A DNA stretch of 64,000 bases, taken from NCBI GenBank assembly GCA_963823665.1, contig CAWGMQ010000007.1, positions 224,001 to 288,000 of the forward strand, written 5' to 3'. Made by a program: the position numbers and the translations under genes. Below the pieces are notes generated by a model. The model did no database searches, was not told the origin of the DNA, and saw only the letters and a list, made by a program, of their open reading frames with translations. How positions within the stretch are numbered: position 1 is the stretch's first letter; the number at the start of each line of letters is the position of its first letter. This document shows positions 23,501 through 34,802 of the stretch, one piece after another. This DNA is from an uncultured Planctomycetota bacterium. Lineage in GTDB: Bacteria; Planctomycetota; Planctomycetia; Isosphaerales; Isosphaeraceae.

Positions 23501-23553
23501 GTAGGCACACTCCGTGTGCCGTTCACCAGTTACGGCACACGGAGTGTGCCTAT
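23501..23553. repeat. GTAG-type REP doublet (long hairpin)
   Basis: GTAGGCACACTCCGTGTGCCGT-9nt-ACGGCACACGGAGTGTGCCTAT. Confidence 0.75.
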
Positions 23554-23687
23554 TACGACGAGTCGATTGCGATGTCAAACCGGGAAGTTATTCCCGGCCT
23601 GTTCCGAAGTGTTTACCGGCGAGGATGTGAACGATCGGCTCGCTCTGCTACACTGGGATCGATGGGTGCTCGCAGTGAGGGCAACAC

Positions 23688-24086
23688 ATGAAAAGAAATA
23701 CTGTTGCGGCATGGATCGGTGTATTCGCGGTGGTCGGAACAGGAGTCGGTGTGCTCGTGCGGGCTCAGGCCGGTGCCGGCGCAGCGCGCGCGAATGGGGC
23801 GATCGTCCAGGTTGACCGCGATGCGAGCGAGGTAACGCCGCGGGTGGCTGTTCCTCAGGCGGAGGAAAAGCTAAACGGTGAGCGGGCGCACGGCGATCGC
23901 GATGGGCACGTTCAAAGAACCGCGCTCGACTCGGTTGTTGCTGAAGAATTGCCTTTTCCTCCGCCACCTTCGAGAGTGATGCCGGGGTACGTTCGTAAGT
24001 CCGCGCAGATTGGTCCAGAGAATCAACCGCACCTGTCTCCGAGTCCGCCGGCTCCATCGAAGACTTTGCCTGAGATCGTGCCATGA
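23688..24086 (+). CDS. Hypothetical secreted Pro-rich protein
   Basis: GAGG RBS and a signal-like N-terminus. Confidence 0.5.
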   Translation: MKRNTVAAWIGVFAVVGTGVGVLVRAQAGAGAARANGAIVQVDRDASEVTPRVAVPQAEEKLNGERAHGDRDGHVQRTALDSVVAEELPFPPPPSRVMPGYVRKSAQIGPENQPHLSPSPPAPSKTLPEIVP

Positions 24087-24593
24087 TCGTGCAGCGTGTC
24101 GTGCAGTGGGTCGTTTGGGTCGCGGCGTTCCTCGCGGTGATCAGGTTGTCCTCCGCCGGGCGTGAAGCCGCGTTTGGCTGGGGTGTGCTGATACTTGTGC
24201 TGTCTCTGTGCTTCTGTGGGATCGCACAGATGGCTAAGGATTACTTGGCGCACGGCGCATGGGGCGGCAGGGTCGCGAGGTCGTTAGTGGTTGGTGTGAT
24301 CTCGAGCAAACGGCGACAACGCCAACAATCCGGTCCGGGGGCTATGAGATCCTGGATCATCCGATGCGAGACCGCTATCTGGATAGCTGACGTGGAACGA
24401 TTGGCCCCGGCCTTGGCAGAGGACGCGATGATGCGGCTGTCTGGGTAAGCCGCTCACCGTTCGAAGTAGCATCACCGGGCGCTATCTGAGCTACACCGAG
24501 ACCCGAGTATCCGGCAGCTACTACATGCGCGGGGTTGCGATCGACTCGACGGGCCGTGTCGCTCATACCATCGCGAGGTGGTATCAGGACTAG
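24083..24593 (+). CDS. Hypothetical membrane protein (probably frameshifted ~24440)
   Basis: ATGA overlap, TM segments, and a coding-like continuation GKPLTVRSS...RWYQD* in another frame. Confidence 0.4.
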
Positions 24594-24682
24594 GACGTGC
24601 CGGAATGCAGGACTTTCCAGAATCGGAAGAACAGTCGAAGAGCTTGGCCACGGATGAAACACGGATGATACAAGAATGCGCT

Positions 24683-25752
24683 TCAATAAACCAACGTCAT
24701 CGCCGAGATCATGGCGGGCTCGATTTCTCGGATCACGCCGGCGGCGTATTCGATCTCTTCGCGCGAGACGTCGAGGTGGGTGCAGGCGCGGATGACCTGG
24801 GCACCGATCACTGTGACCATGATGTTGCGCGAGCGGAGAAACGCGGCGACTTCGGCGGCGGTGCCGACGGACGGGTCAATCTTTACCCAGACGAGATTGG
24901 TCATGACCGGGCCGGATTCGAGGGCGAAACCCTCGGCGGAGTCGAACGCACCGGCAAGCACCTGGGCGTTTTCATGATCGTCGCTCAGCCGGGCGATGTT
25001 GTGATCCAGCGCATAAAGCGCGGCGGCGGCGAGGATGCCGGCTTGACGCATTCCGCCGCCGAACAGTTTGCGAAGTCGGCGGGCGCGTCGGATCGCTTCG
25101 GATGTGCCGGCGAGCGCTGAGCCGACGGGAGCGCCCAGGCCTTTCGAAAAACAAATCGATACGGTGTCGAAGTGCTGGCAACACTCGGCGGCCGCGATGC
25201 CGCTGGCCACGACGGCGTTCATCAGGCGGGCGCCGTCCAGGTGCATGGCGAGATTGTGCTCGCGCGCCACCGCGCGATCCGGCTGATGCTCTCGAGCGAG
25301 TGAACCCGGCCGCCGCCGCGATTGTGCGTGTTTTCCAGGCAGACCAGCCGCGTGCGCACGTAATGGGCGTCGTGCGCGGGGCGGATGGCGCCGGCGATGT
25401 CTTCGAGGCGGAGGATGCCGCCGTCACCCTCGAACGTGCGAGCGGTCACGCCTGAAAGGCGAGCGATTCCGCCTGCTTCCCAGACGTAGACGTGCGAAGT
25501 CGACGAGCACAGCAGCTCGTCGCCGGGTTGGGTGTTCACGCCGACGCCGATCTGATTGGCCATCGTTCCGGAAGGAACGAACACCGCCGCTTCCTTGCCA
25601 AGAAGCTCGGCTGTCCTGGCCTCGAGATGCATCACCGTGGGGTCTTCGCCGTACACGTCGTCGCCGACGTCGGCTTCGGCCATCGCTCGCCGCATCGCCG
25701 TGGTTGGCTTGGTGACCGTATCGGATCGCAGATCAATGGGAGGTCCGTGCAT
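24683..25752 (-). CDS. ltaE: Low-specificity L-threonine aldolase (frameshift ~25270)
   Basis: [59 protein letters not shown]. Confidence 0.92.
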
Positions 25753-25789
25753 GCGTCGTGTGGAGTGGCGAGGAGTGCTTGTGGTCTTT

Positions 25790-27673
25790 TTAAAGGGTTT
25801 TCAGGTAGGCGATCAGGTCGTCGAGCTCCTTCTCGCTGAGCTCGCCCAGGCCGGTGACACTGTCGGCGCTGTGGGGTCCGGCGAGGGCTTCGCGCAGGGT
25901 CTTGGAGCGGCCGTCGTGGAGGTACGGGTCCTTGTCGTAGAGACCGCGGAGGGACGGAGGGTTGTAGCCCTTGTAGACGTCATCGGACTCTTCGAGGCCG
26001 GCCTCGTGGATTTTGCCGTCGGTGAGCTCGGGGCCGCCGTGGCAGGTGTTGCACGCGGCTTTCGGCGACTTGAAGACGTCGCGCCCGCGCTGGGCCTGGG
26101 ACGAGAGGCTGCCGTCCCGGTTGCGATACGGGTTCCTGGGGTATTCGAGCGTGCCCAGGTAAGCGATCAACGCTTTGACGTCGTCGGCTTTGGGCCGGGG
26201 ACCTTGCATGCTCTTCGTGAATGACTCAAGCGCGGCATCATCCAGGCTCTTCTGCCAGCCGTGCCAGGTCCACGGTTTCGTTTCCGTCACGCGGCGGAGG
26301 CTGGGAACTTTCTTGCGGCTGCGCTTCGGGAACGTGCTGAAGTCTTGCCTGCCGTCGTTGAGCGTGTCGAAATCGAGCCCATCGGTATGCCCGTCAGTGT
26401 GGCAGGTGTTGCAACTGTACCACTGGTTGAACGAGTGGGCGGCGTCGTGGAAGACGATTTCGCCCTTTCGCTCGAGCGAAAGTGTCTTGGGAGCGCCCAG
26501 CGGAATGGTTTGCACGAGCTTGGCGGATTCGGCGTCGACGACCTGGATGGCATCGCCCAGGTAGTTGGCGACGTAGAGCAGATTGCCTTTCGGGGCGAAT
26601 GCCAGCTCGGTGGGGCGTCCGCCCAGTTCCACCCGGCGATAGCGGCCATCATTCTTGAGCAGCTCGGGCGCGATCAGGTCGCGCGAGCTATTGGGCCGCC
26701 AGGGGATAGGGCTCTTGTCGGTGCGGAAGATCATGACCTCGTGGGTTCCGCCGCAACTGACGGCGATGTACTTCTGGTCGTGGCTGACGGCCACGCCGTG
26801 GGCATCGGCCGCAGCTTTGCCGCGGGTGTCGAGTGAGAGCGTGTCGAAGGTGGTCGCCGTTCCATCAAGGGGAACTCGCGTGAGGCGCTGGCCGAGCACC
26901 CAGCCCAGGTCGATGTTGTTCCGGGTCGTCGGCAGCCGACGGTTCTTCATGTCGGCGATATAACCCGTTTTGCCGTCGGGGCTGATCGCCACCTGGCGCA
27001 GGTTGTCGCCGTCGATGGGGATCGTTTTGGAGACTTTCCAGTTCCGGGCGTCGATCACCGACACATCCTGGGAGCGAGCGTTGCCGACGAGCAACACGGA
27101 GTCGTCAAGTGAGAGGGCAACGCCGCGGGGCTCGCGGCCGACGTCGAGTGTTCCGGTGATCTTCCGGATATGGAGGTCGACGCGAACCACTTTGTTCTCG
27201 ATGCCGATAGCGACATAAGCGGTCGAGCCGTTGGCCGTGATGGCGGCGCCTCGGGGCTCGGGGCCGACATCGACCCGGCCGGCGATTGAGAGCTTGTCGT
27301 CCTTGATGTCGAGGATCGCCATGTCGTAGCCGTACCAGTGGGTGACCACTGCGCGACCGGCGTCGCGCGCGAGGGCCACTCCGGCGGGCTTGTCTCCGGT
27401 CTTGAGCTCGTCGAGCACGCGCCTGTTCTTGAGGTCGACGAGCGAGACGCTGCCGGCGGTCTGGTTGGCGCTCAACAAGCGGTCACCGGCGGTCGAGACG
27501 GCCAGCGAGATCGGCGAGCGATGCGGCTCATCGGCGGCGCTTGAGGCTCCCTTGGCCGGCTGCGCCTTGTCGTCGCCGGTGGCGCGGGGCCAGAGGGCGA
27601 TGGCGGGAACGGCGACAAACGCGGCGGCGGAGAGGAACAGCGAAGCCAGGGCGGGAAGAATTCTGCTCGTCAT
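25790..27673 (-). CDS. YVTN beta-propeller plus di-heme cytochrome c peroxidase-like protein
   Basis: Signal peptide, YVAN/VG..P repeats and two CxxCH motifs (CNTCH), PYLHDGR. Confidence 0.85.
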   Translation of the reverse strand: MTSRILPALASLFLSAAAFVAVPAIALWPRATGDDKAQPAKGASSAADEPHRSPISLAVSTAGDRLLSANQTAGSVSLVDLKNRRVLDELKTGDKPAGVALARDAGRAVVTHWYGYDMAILDIKDDKLSIAGRVDVGPEPRGAAITANGSTAYVAIGIENKVVRVDLHIRKITGTLDVGREPRGVALSLDDSVLLVGNARSQDVSVIDARNWKVSKTIPIDGDNLRQVAISPDGKTGYIADMKNRRLPTTRNNIDLGWVLGQRLTRVPLDGTATTFDTLSLDTRGKAAADAHGVAVSHDQKYIAVSCGGTHEVMIFRTDKSPIPWRPNSSRDLIAPELLKNDGRYRRVELGGRPTELAFAPKGNLLYVANYLGDAIQVVDAESAKLVQTIPLGAPKTLSLERKGEIVFHDAAHSFNQWYSCNTCHTDGHTDGLDFDTLNDGRQDFSTFPKRSRKKVPSLRRVTETKPWTWHGWQKSLDDAALESFTKSMQGPRPKADDVKALIAYLGTLEYPRNPYRNRDGSLSSQAQRGRDVFKSPKAACNTCHGGPELTDGKIHEAGLEESDDVYKGYNPPSLRGLYDKDPYLHDGRSKTLREALAGPHSADSVTGLGELSEKELDDLIAYLKTL

Positions 27674-27708
27674 GAAAATCGCTCCGGGCAGGGGCGGTTT
27701 CTTGAGTT

Positions 27709-27754
27709 CCGGGGGCTCGAAGCCCCTGGCTATTGACCGCGGCCCCGTCGGGGC
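27709..27754. repeat. REP-like double-hairpin element, copy 1
   Basis: CCGGGGGCTCGAAGCCCCTGGCTATTGACCGCGGCCCCGTCGGGGC, similar to 30357-30401. Confidence 0.7.
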
Positions 27755-27865
27755 CGATTGGGGTTATACCGGGTTTGAGGCGGCATTCGAGGCACGCACT
27801 TTCGCGGATCGAAAGGCGACAATCAACGGTTAGCTCATCGCCCTGCTGGGGGCAGTCAGTCCGAA

Positions 27866-29587
27866 TTACATCCGCTCCACGATATCGATTCCTAGAAGGC
27901 CCAGTCCAGTCTTAAGTGTTACGGCCGTCAGATCGCAGAGGGCCAGACGGCTATTGCGGCGCTCGGGCGACTCGGCCTTGAGCACGGGGCAGCCCTCGAA
28001 AAAGGTACTGAACGCATTCGCCAGGTCGAACAGGTAGTCGGTCAGGACATTTGGCTTGTGCTCCGAATCGGCGAGCTCGAGCACTTCGGGCAGCCGCAGC
28101 AGCTTGACTCCGAGGGCGCGCTCAGCGGGGTGGGCGAGGGAGATCGCCGGCGCCTCGCGGCGGATGTCCGCGGCGAGGAAACCGCCCTTGCGGAAGATGC
28201 TCTGAACGCGCGCGTAACCATATTGAAGGTAGGTCGCCGTGTTGCCGTTCATGGCCATCATCTTCTGCCAGTCGAAGACGTAGTCGCTGATCCGGTTCTG
28301 GCATAAGTCAGCATATTTTATTGCTCCCAGGCCCACGACCTCGGCGACGCGCTGGCGCTCGGCTGGATCGAGCTCCGGGCTATTCTCGTCGACGACCTTG
28401 CGCGCCATTGCGGTTGCCTCGTCGAGCAGCGACTCGAGCCCGACGACGTCGCCCTTGCGGGTTCTGAAGGGGCGGCGATCGGCGCCCAGGATGGTGCCGA
28501 AGGCGATGTGCTCGAGCTCGGCTGAGCCGGCGATACCCCACTTGCGGGTGACCTCGAAAAGCTGCTTGAAATGGTCGCCCTGGCGGTGGTCAACGACGTA
28601 GAGGACCTGGTCGGGATGCCACGTTTCGACCCGATACTTGATGGTGGCGAGGTCAGTGGTGGCGTAAGTGAAGGCGCCGTCGCGCTTGCGAATCAAGAAG
28701 GGGGCCTCGGTCTTCTCGACGAAGACGACGATCGCACCTTCGCTCTCGACGGCGATGCCTGAAGCTTGCAGGCCGGCCACGATCGGGGCGAGCTTATCAT
28801 CGTAGAAGCTCTCGCCGTGCTGAACGTCGAATTTCACTTCGAGGCGATCGTAGATGGCCTGGAGGGCCGCCAGGCAGTGGGGGATGAACCGAGCCCACAA
28901 GGCGCGATTCTCGGGGTCGCCGGCGTGGAGCTTCGCGGTCTCGGTTCTCGCGGCGTCCTCGACCGATCTGTCGCCCGAGTCAATCCTGTCCTGGACGAGG
29001 CGGTAGAGCCGGGCGAGCTCGGTGACGGGGTCGGATTCATAATTTGATTCGTCGCGGGCGTTCTTCCATCCCCAGAGGATCATGCCGAACTGGGAGCCCC
29101 AGTCACCCAGGTGGTTGTCACGAATGACCTTGTGGCCCACGGCCGCCGCGATGCGTGCGAGGGAATCGCCGATGACGGTCGAGCGGAGGTGGCCGACGTG
29201 CATGGGCTTGGCGACGTTGGGCGAGGAAAAATCGATCACGACGGTGCGGGGATGCTCGGGAATGGGAATTCCGCCGGCTGGATCGGTCAGAAGCCTCTGG
29301 AGCTGCAGGGCGACCCAATCGTCATTCAACCGCAGGTTCAAGAAGCCCGGGCCGGCCACTTCCGGTGGAGCGGCGATCGGGGCGAGGTCGACGCCGCGCG
29401 CGATTTCCTGGGCGAGGTCGCGGGGTTTGGAGCCGAGGGCCTTGGCGAGCATCATGCAGCCGTTGGCCTGGTAATCGCCGAACTTGGGATCGGTGGCGGG
29501 GCGGACCGCGGCGGCGAAGGCAGCGCGGTCGGCTCCTTCGGGCAGGGCGGGGCTGAAAAGATCACGCAGGCGTGAGAGTAGGTTCAT
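27866..29587 (-). CDS. argS: Arginine--tRNA ligase
   Basis: FGDYQAN, DFSSPNVAKPMHVGHLRSTVIGD, GDWGSQFG, YATTDLA, YLQYGYAR. Confidence 0.97.
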   Translation of the reverse strand: MNLLSRLRDLFSPALPEGADRAAFAAAVRPATDPKFGDYQANGCMMLAKALGSKPRDLAQEIARGVDLAPIAAPPEVAGPGFLNLRLNDDWVALQLQRLLTDPAGGIPIPEHPRTVVIDFSSPNVAKPMHVGHLRSTVIGDSLARIAAAVGHKVIRDNHLGDWGSQFGMILWGWKNARDESNYESDPVTELARLYRLVQDRIDSGDRSVEDAARTETAKLHAGDPENRALWARFIPHCLAALQAIYDRLEVKFDVQHGESFYDDKLAPIVAGLQASGIAVESEGAIVVFVEKTEAPFLIRKRDGAFTYATTDLATIKYRVETWHPDQVLYVVDHRQGDHFKQLFEVTRKWGIAGSAELEHIAFGTILGADRRPFRTRKGDVVGLESLLDEATAMARKVVDENSPELDPAERQRVAEVVGLGAIKYADLCQNRISDYVFDWQKMMAMNGNTATYLQYGYARVQSIFRKGGFLAADIRREAPAISLAHPAERALGVKLLRLPEVLELADSEHKPNVLTDYLFDLANAFSTFFEGCPVLKAESPERRNSRLALCDLTAVTLKTGLGLLGIDIVERM

Positions 29588-29590
29588 GAT

Positions 29591-30127
29591 TCAGGCGGGT
29601 AGGGAGTCGGCAGCCGCGGTTTCGTGCTCGGCGGGCTCGGATTGCCAGTCGAGCTGGGGGGCGTCGCCCCAGATATCTTCGAGGGCGTAATAGGCGCGGG
29701 ACTCGGGCGAGAAGATGTGGACGACGAAGTCGCCGTAATCGATCAGGATCCAGCGTCCGTCCTCGGAGCCTTCCAGCCCCAGCTTGGCTTCCCCCTGTTT
29801 CTTCATCGCTGCGTCGATTTCGCTCGCGATTGCGTTGCCCAGGCGGCGCGAGCTGGCCGTGACGATGACGAAGAAGTCGACCAGAGGGGTCGCTTGCCTC
29901 AGGTCAAGCAGCAGGATGTCCTTCGCTCGATTGTCGTCGGCGATCTGGGCGCAGGCTCGCGATCGCTCGAGTGCCAGCGGTGCGCGGCGCGGGTCGCGGC
30001 GCTCGGTGGCGTGATGCGGAACGTCGTCCTGCATCGAGCGGAGCGAACGATTACGAGAGATCTGCTTGCGAGCTTTGGAAGTGGGTTCGACGGCGCGAGA
30101 GCGATCGGTTGTGTTGTGATCTGTCAT
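29591..30127 (-). CDS. rsfS: Ribosome silencing factor (start uncertain)
   Basis: DDNRAKDILLLDL..DFFVIVT..WILIDYGDFVVHIF..RAYYALEDIWGDA. Confidence 0.92.
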   Translation of the reverse strand: MTDHNTTDRSRAVEPTSKARKQISRNRSLRSMQDDVPHHATERRDPRRAPLALERSRACAQIADDNRAKDILLLDLRQATPLVDFFVIVTASSRRLGNAIASEIDAAMKKQGEAKLGLEGSEDGRWILIDYGDFVVHIFSPESRAYYALEDIWGDAPQLDWQSEPAEHETAAADSLPA

Positions 30128-30356
30128 TCCTGATTTTCCGCTCGAGCGGATCAATTCCCCGGAACGAGCTCGGCCCACCTCACCTGGAATTCGCGTGAGG
30201 ACCAATGAGCCGGCCCACAGATACGGACCAGACAGCGCGGCGGGCGGGCCGGTTCACGTGAACAGTGTAACCGGTAATGCGCGGGCTGACTATGGGTCTG
30301 CGAGTCGACCGCCCGAAAGGTTCAGGCGGCGAATCTGGTCCAGGGATGAACTTGGT

Positions 30357-30401
30357 CCAGGGGGTGAACCCCCTGGCTATTGACCGCCGCCCCTTCGGGG
30401 C
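30357..30401. repeat. REP-like double-hairpin element, copy 2
   Basis: CCAGGGGGTGAACCCCCTGGCTATTGACCGCCGCCCCTTCGGGGC. Confidence 0.7.
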
Positions 30402-30488
30402 GAGGTGGGTCGTCAGGTTTTGGCGTGACGACCGGGATCCAGGCTTTGACCGTGAGGTCGTTCTCGAGAGACCGCTCGCCAGCTCGTG

Positions 30489-32419
30489 CTATCGCTTTGA
30501 TCGCGGAGCCCGGGGCTTGCCGGTGAAGAAGTTATAGGCGTATTGCATGAGACTCGAGACGGTCACGCTCGACGTGGAATTAGCCTCCGGGCTGGTCAAA
30601 ACGAACTTCAGGGTGTGATTGTAGTTCGTCGACAAACTCGGGTTGGCCAGGCTGATCGTGCCCTTGAGCGCCTCAGGCTGGGAACCGCTCGCGGGCTGCG
30701 GACCCGGCTGGATCAGGAAGGGGTTCATCTGGAACGCGAGGTCCCATGGCTGCTGCTTGCTGGATGTTTTTGTATAGATATCCAGCTCATCACCCTGTAC
30801 GAAGTTTGTGAACTGGTAATTGAAGGTCAAGCCGCTGAAGTAGAACGCGCTGGCCTTGAATGTGCCGATGTAAGACTGCGAAGCGCTCCCTTGCTGGGTC
30901 AGAGTCACCGAGGATCCGTAAGTCGAGTTGTTCTGGACCGTGACGCCCGGCGTGCTCATTTGAGGGCTCAAATTCACGGTCGTGAAAACCGGCGCGATGG
31001 TGGAGGGATTGATGTAGGGCGTCGTGAGCTGGTACTGCTGCGAAGGCTTCCAGGTCAAGGCGCCCCATGCCTGCTCGTTGAAGCTCTGAGCCGGCGGCGT
31101 GCTGCCGGCGACGAGCGGCGACCACATCCGGCCGACCTTCTGTCCGAAGGTGACATACTTCTCGGCCGACCCGGCATACCAGTAGGCCGCGTAGGTGTGC
31201 ACGTCCTCGAGATTGCCGTTCTCGAGCAGCGGCCAGGCATAAAGGTCGACGTCGATGACGTTCTGCAAGTCGGGATTGGACGGCACGCCCGATTTGGTGT
31301 ACGAGACGACGTCATACGGCATGTCGAAAGCGGATATATAATTATCAACGAACGTAGAAGTGGCTGTGGGCGTTTGGCTGATGTTCAAGTCGTTCAAGAA
31401 GTACCAGTTGTCGTTGGTGGCGCCGGCTTCGGCCAGGAAGCTGCCGCCATAGGAGTCGGATTCGGGCGAGTCGAGGATGGTGAGCTGGTTGACGGTCAAG
31501 CGATCGGCCGGGGGGGCGGTGGTCAAGAGGTCGGCGGCCACCGTCACCACCTTCGAGCCGTGGCTGTGGCCGATCAACTGGAGCTTGCCTCCGAAGTCTT
31601 GCTCGGGTCCGAGCGCCTGCTCGAGCGCGACGGCCAGACGGGCGCCGTTGACGGTGGTCAAGGCCTCGGAATGGTAGGCATCCTGGGGGATCGACAAGGT
31701 GTAATTCAGAATGGGGATGTTGATGGTCTCGTTGGACGTGGCCGAGTTGTCGATCCAGCTATAGGCGAGGACGACGGCATTATCGGGGTCGGTGGCAATG
31801 AGATCCTGCGCCATGCCGAATGCCGAGACACGGGCGGGTTCTTTCACCCCGGGATCGGGATAACCGTCGAGCAGCCACGGCGATGCCGGGCCCGCGTCGT
31901 CCGTATCCAGTTTTTTTATCGCCTGGTATTGCTTGTTCGCCTTCCCGCCGGGGTAGTTCGAAGGGATCGTCTGCCACCATTCAAGAACCTTATCATATTT
32001 GTCAGCATAGTTTTTCACCCAGCTTATGTAACCGGGTGCCCAGCCGTGGACCAGGACGTAGACGTCCTTGCCGTGAAGGAGGCTCGTGTAGTCATTCACG
32101 TCGACGAGCGGCTCGAATTCCTGCGTTGCGGGGTTGAAGTAACCGAGTCGCTCGATCGGCGTCAGCGTGGGCGCGGGGGTATCTTTGAGCTTGCGGGCCG
32201 TCGTGACGAGGGCGGCGCCATCCGCGCTCGAGCCGTGGGCTCGCGCAGAGCGTGCGCACCGGACATCAAGACCCGTTCCTCGCACTGGAAAACATCGACG
32301 TGGATGGATCTGCGGCGTCGTTTTTCCTTCGCAGTGGGCTGCAATCGATCTCGGAGCGACGGACGAAAGTTAGAGCTGACGAGAGCCGTGATGGACAACA
32401 CAAGCAGGTCCTGAAGCAA
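30489..32419 (-). CDS. Extracellular alpha/beta-hydrolase-like protein (frameshift ~32240)
   Basis: Planctomycete 'CEERVLMS' motif in ORF 32162-32419. VLVHGW, LIGHSHG nucleophile elbow, LTILD. Confidence 0.65.
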
Positions 32420-32530
32420 GAAGATGGTTGTTTCCGTCGCGGATTGCCGGTGGCACGTCCGATGTGCGGGTAAACCATATTGCCACGATTCGCCGGCGGT
32501 GGCAAATCATTCGGCGTGCCGGCTCGGTGT

Positions 32531-33640
32531 TTATTCAGTCCGGCGGCGGAAGAGCCAGGTTGCGGCTGAGAGAGTGACGATCGCGAGAATGACAAGGGGC
32601 CACAGGCTGCTCTGCACGTCCTCGGCAGGCATTGCTTTCAAGAACACGCCCTTGACGATGACGATGAAATGCCGCACGGGGTTGGCGAGGGTTGCGGTCT
32701 GGAGCCAGTCGGGCATGTTTTCAACCGGGCTGGCGAAGCCCGAGAGCAGGACCATCGGCACCATGACGGCGAAGGTGCCGAGGATCGCCTGCTGCTGAGT
32801 GAGTGCCAGGGACGAGATGAACAAGCCGATGCCGATGACAGCCAGCAGAAACGCGGTCATCGCGGCGTAGAGGAGCCACAGGGAGCCGGAGAGCGGCACC
32901 CGGAAGTAGAGCGTGGCGACGGCGACGACCAGGGAACCTTCGCCCAGGCCGATCAACATGGCAGGGACTGTCTTGCCGACGACGATCTCCGCCGGCGACA
33001 AAGGTGATACCAGCAGTTGCTCGAAGGTGCCGAGCTCGCGCTCGCGCGCCACCGAGAGCGCGGTGACCATCAGGCCTTCGAGCGCGACCAGGATCGCCAG
33101 CAGGCTGGGCACGGTGCTCCAGAGGGCATCCTGGTTGGGGTTGAACCAGACGCGAGCGACGACGGTGCTCGCGGGCGGGGGCGATGCGCCGGCCTGCGCC
33201 AGCTCGGCGTTGTATCCGTCGATGATCGCCTGGGCGTAGCCGGAGAGAATCTGGGAGGTGTTCGAGCTGCGGCCGTCCAGGATGAGCTGGACACCGGCAG
33301 GCTGGCGCGCGGCGAGCAAGCGCGAAAAGTCCTCGCGAATGTGCACGACCATGAGCACGCTCCGCGAGTCGATTGCCGGGGCGAGGTCAGAGTCGGCACT
33401 CAGGTGCTTCACGGATCGAAAGTTGGGCGAGCCCTCGAAGCGGGCGACGAGGTCGCGCGCGTAGATTCCGATATCCTGGTTCAGCACGGCGATGTTGACG
33501 TTCTTGACTTCCTGGGTGGCGGCGTACGCGAAGATCACCAGCTCGATGACCGGTGGCCCGAGGAGGATGAAGCGGCTCTTGGGGTCGCGCCAGATCGCGA
33601 GCAGCTCCTTGACGATCAGCGAGTGAATTCGCAGCCACAT
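32531..33640 (-). CDS. ybhR: ABC-2 transporter permease
   Basis: KELLAIWRDPKSR, VARERELGTFEQLLVSP, SGFASPVENMPDWLQ. Confidence 0.85.
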   Translation of the reverse strand: MWLRIHSLIVKELLAIWRDPKSRFILLGPPVIELVIFAYAATQEVKNVNIAVLNQDIGIYARDLVARFEGSPNFRSVKHLSADSDLAPAIDSRSVLMVVHIREDFSRLLAARQPAGVQLILDGRSSNTSQILSGYAQAIIDGYNAELAQAGASPPPASTVVARVWFNPNQDALWSTVPSLLAILVALEGLMVTALSVARERELGTFEQLLVSPLSPAEIVVGKTVPAMLIGLGEGSLVVAVATLYFRVPLSGSLWLLYAAMTAFLLAVIGIGLFISSLALTQQQAILGTFAVMVPMVLLSGFASPVENMPDWLQTATLANPVRHFIVIVKGVFLKAMPAEDVQSSLWPLVILAIVTLSAATWLFRRRTE

Positions 33641-33644
33641 CGAA

Positions 33645-34802
33645 CTACTCCAGCCGCACCCGGGTTTTCCGCCAGAGCGCAAAGAAGAGGGCCGCGGCCA
33701 TTCCCAGGAGCACGAGGCCGTTGGGCACGAGCACGCTCATCACGTCGCCCGCCAGGAACAGGGTCTGGAGGCTCGAGACGAAGTAGCGAGCGGGCAGCAC
33801 GTACGTCAGCAGCCGGATCGGAGGGGCCATGCTGTCGATCTCGAAGATGAATCCCGACAGCTCGAAGGCGGGCAGGAACCCCGCGATCAGCGCCGCCTGG
33901 CTGGCGGCGAACTGGTTGCGCGTGACGCTTGAGATCAACAGTCCAAGGGCCAGCATCACCGCGAGGTAGGCGGCCGAGAGGGCAACCAGCGACACGATCG
34001 AGCCGTTGAAAGGGACGCCGAGCAAGAAGACCGTGACGGACACGGAAAGCACCATGCCCGCCATTCCCAGAGCGAAATAGGGCACGACCTTGCCGATGAT
34101 CAGCTCGCCGCGGCTGATCGGAGTGGCGAGCAGGGCCTCCATCGTGCCGCGCTCCCACTCGCGGGCCACGACGAGCGAGGTCAGGAGCGTGCCGATCAAG
34201 GTGAGCACGATCGCCACCGCGCCGGGCAAGAGGGCGTAGCGGCTGTTGAAGTTGGGATTGAACCAGACGCGGGGCTCGGCGCGAATCAGGGAAGCGGCCC
34301 TGGGCCGATCGGCCAGGCTCTCGTGCGAGGTAGCCTCTTGCTCGAGCCAGTTGGCCCAGAGACCCTGGACGTAGAACTGCACGAGCCCAGCCGTGTTGGG
34401 GTCGCTGCCGTCGACCAGGACCTGGATCGGTGCCGTTTCGCCGCGGCCGAGCCGGTCGGTGAAATCCGAAGCCAGCACGACGACGCCTTTCAGCTTGCCG
34501 GAGACAAGCTCGTCCTCGACCTCCCGGCGGTCACGGGCGACGCGCACGTCGAAGTATCGCGAGTTGCGAAACGAGGCCAGCAGGCTGTTCGCCTCCGGCG
34601 TGGGTTGTTCCACGACGACGCCGACGGGCACGCGGCGCAGGTCAAGCGAAACGCCGAAGGCGAAGATGAACAGGAGCAGGAGCGGCAGCACGCCGGCGAT
34701 CATGAAGCTGCTGGGGTCGCGGAGGATCTGGATGGCCTCTTTGCGGATGAGCGCGGCGATGCGTCGCAGACTGCCGGATGAGCGATTCTCGTCCCGAATC
34801 AT
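33645..34802 (-). CDS. ybhS: ABC-2 transporter permease
   Basis: KEAIQILRDPSS, VAREWERGTMEALLATP. Confidence 0.85.
   Translation of the reverse strand: MIRDENRSSGSLRRIAALIRKEAIQILRDPSSFMIAGVLPLLLLFIFAFGVSLDLRRVPVGVVVEQPTPEANSLLASFRNSRYFDVRVARDRREVEDELVSGKLKGVVVLASDFTDRLGRGETAPIQVLVDGSDPNTAGLVQFYVQGLWANWLEQEATSHESLADRPRAASLIRAEPRVWFNPNFNSRYALLPGAVAIVLTLIGTLLTSLVVAREWERGTMEALLATPISRGELIIGKVVPYFALGMAGMVLSVSVTVFLLGVPFNGSIVSLVALSAAYLAVMLALGLLISSVTRNQFAASQAALIAGFLPAFELSGFIFEIDSMAPPIRLLTYVLPARYFVSSLQTLFLAGDVMSVLVPNGLVLLGMAAALFFALWRKTRVRLE

Noticed and set aside
24637..24657. GCCACGGATGAAACACGGATG short repeat
   Set aside because: Probably a fragment of a dispersed intergenic repeat. Single, too short to interpret.
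30543..32414. 623-aa plus-strand ORF and similar long antisense ORFs (2383-3615, 14353-15567, 59124-60530)
   Set aside because: These are shadow ORFs of GC-rich genes on the opposite strand and have no recognisable motifs.
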